In this document: positions 62,403 to 64,000 of the stretch, in pieces | How positions within the stretch are numbered: the first letter of the stretch is position 1 | Layout: the number at the start of each line of letters is the position of its first letter | Translations under genes and position numbers: made by a program | Origin: Candidatus Cloacimonadales bacterium | GTDB taxonomy: Bacteria; Cloacimonadota; Cloacimonadia; Cloacimonadales; JAFGVF01 | Reading direction: 5' to 3' | DNA: 64,000 nucleotides | Assembly: GCA_963677495.2 (NCBI GenBank) | Contig: CAXXOU010000004.1 | Location: forward strand, 1,248,001 to 1,312,000 | The notes under the pieces: generated by a model | What the model was told of the DNA's origin: nothing | What the model saw: the letters and a program-made list of their open reading frames with translations, nothing else | The model's database searches: none

Positions 62403-63998
62403 CTAAAACTTTATGTCCCCCGGTACTATACCTCTAAGGGCTTCCTCTCCTATATGCTCCTGTTGCCAATATCTAAAGAAGATTTTGGGTTCTCCTTCTT
62501 GAGTAAAATCAATATAAAGCATTAGGTACCCTTCGTCTGAATAGTTTGTTGAATAATACAACTGATGTAATTGAATAGCATAAATTGGACGTCTAGAAGA
62601 ACGTCTGATTATCTCATGGTCAGTGAACTGAATATTTACACAGTCATTTTCTTTAAACACTTTGTCTTTTAATCGTGTTATGTAATCAGATTTGGATACT
62701 CTTTTCACTACTGTTTTACTACCAATTTGCAAATCAATTGCATCTTTAAGGTTTTCTGAAACTTCCTCTGTATCACTTACGTACCCGATGAATATAGCTG
62801 CACTATCGGCAAAGATTTGTTCTATTTTAACATCATCTTTCATTGCGAAGATTGTCTTATAATACTCTAAGAAGCTAATACATTGTAACCTTTCTTTCGC
62901 ATCCTTAGCTCTTTCAGCTTGTTTAAATGCAGCATCAAGATAAGAATCATCAAGAGCAAAGTTAACCCAAGTTACTTTACCATCTTCGTACGTAAATGAA
63001 AGCTTATCAATTAAAGTTTTCTTCCTTCTGTCATTAAGAGTAACAATAATGGGAACTGCCCTTATCTGAACTCGGTGCCCTAAGTTGTAGTAGTTTATTT
63101 GAAAATCTTTTTCTAAAACTCCAACTTCTCCATAGTTCATCATTTTTAGAAACTGATTGAATCCAATGTCTGAGAAATGATGTTGAACTGAGTGATAGTT
63201 CTTATTTTTAATAGAAGTAATAATCTCCGATACAATACTATTCAGTTTTCGTTTACTAACAGTATTGTCTGAAAAATTAACAAGCTTAGAAGAGATACTC
63301 TGTTGCTTATCGTCTTTAGGTGTAGTTTCTTTTCGCAGATACTTCAAGTTAGAAAACTTACCACCATTGATGATTTTAATAAGTTCCTTAATCTCCTCAT
63401 CGAAACCATCGGTTTCTACAAGATCTAAATACTTATAATCAATAGTAATCCTAAATCTATCTGTAGCAGCATAATATGACTTAGGGATATTAACAATCCC
63501 CTCGCCATCAAGTATATTCCCCCTAATCTGATCATCACCATTAAAATATGTGTAGCTTAAATCATTGATTACTGTATCATCAAAATATGCTTCAAAATAT
63601 AGAGATTGCGCATTAGAGAGTTCTTGTTTTTTTACTAGCTCAAATGAGATTCCGGTCAGAATCAGCTCAATTTTCTTTTGAAGATATAGCTTTAGACTAA
63701 CTTCACTTCCCTCATCATCAGTGATTTTGAAACTATCATACATGGGAATGCTTTTCAATAGTATTAAACCCCAATAGAAATCTCTGATTGCCCAACCTAC
63801 GTTCATCTCCTCTAAATGAGAGTTTCCTCTTTTGGCGTAGTCATAAACTTTCTTTTTCCTTATCTCAAATATCTTCTCTTTTTCTGTTTTCAAGAGATAT
63901 TTATAGATGATATATCCATCATCTGTCTCAATGACTTTCTTCTCTGTATTATCTAAATATGCAGTAGAAAATGTTTTTACAATTGACCTGGAATACTC
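62403..63998 (-). CDS. Hypothetical (possibly LPP20-type lipoprotein) gene, 5' end beyond the window
   Basis: Frame stays open from 63893 to the window edge (EYSRSIVKTFSTAYLDNTE..); C-terminal NYSDEGYL..PKIFFRYWQ. Confidence 0.6.
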   Translation of the reverse strand, partial: EYSRSIVKTFSTAYLDNTEKKVIETDDGYIIYKYLLKTEKEKIFEIRKKKVYDYAKRGNSHLEEMNVGWAIRDFYWGLILLKSIPMYDSFKITDDEGSEVSLKLYLQKKIELILTGISFELVKKQELSNAQSLYFEAYFDDTVINDLSYTYFNGDDQIRGNILDGEGIVNIPKSYYAATDRFRITIDYKYLDLVETDGFDEEIKELIKIINGGKFSNLKYLRKETTPKDDKQQSISSKLVNFSDNTVSKRKLNSIVSEIITSIKNKNYHSVQHHFSDIGFNQFLKMMNYGEVGVLEKDFQINYYNLGHRVQIRAVPIIVTLNDRRKKTLIDKLSFTYEDGKVTWVNFALDDSYLDAAFKQAERAKDAKERLQCISFLEYYKTIFAMKDDVKIEQIFADSAAIFIGYVSDTEEVSENLKDAIDLQIGSKTVVKRVSKSDYITRLKDKVFKENDCVNIQFTDHEIIRRSSRRPIYAIQLHQLYYSTNYSDEGYLMLYIDFTQEGEPKIFFRYWQQEHIGEEALRGIVPGDIKF

Positions 63999-64000
63999 AT

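Overview
AT-rich bacterial chromosome segment, most likely an FCB-group anaerobe such as Ca. Cloacimonadota. This is inferred from two large secreted proteins with FlgD-Ig/T9SS-like C-terminal domains, a C25 peptidase, and an lepB-hemW-MlaD-Omp85-rnhC core operon. Positions 1-11.1 kb are housekeeping genes. A tRNA-Arg(CCT) at 11708 opens an accessory region, and a variant 3' half of that tRNA recurs at 16940, bracketing a repeat-rich surface-protein gene. Next come a BLUF photoactivated adenylyl cyclase, two PAS/HisKA_2 kinases with a response regulator, a disrupted primase-helicase, an AbiE toxin-antitoxin pair, an Rh-type ammonium channel and small enzymes. Further on are a gingipain-like C25 protein, an MscS plus large ATPase pair, and a seven-gene nucleobase catabolism operon (xdhAB, fused dihydropyrimidine-dehydrogenase-like gene, ssnA, ygeY, PLP lyase, cyclic amidohydrolase). 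A complete IS21 with a 7-bp target duplication sits inside a palindromic repeat, and PEGA/lipoprotein-type genes close the window. The intergenic regions are mosaics of REP/MITE-like palindromes, including two families with 11-bp periodicity. All calls come from motif reading and recalled family knowledge; no searches were run.
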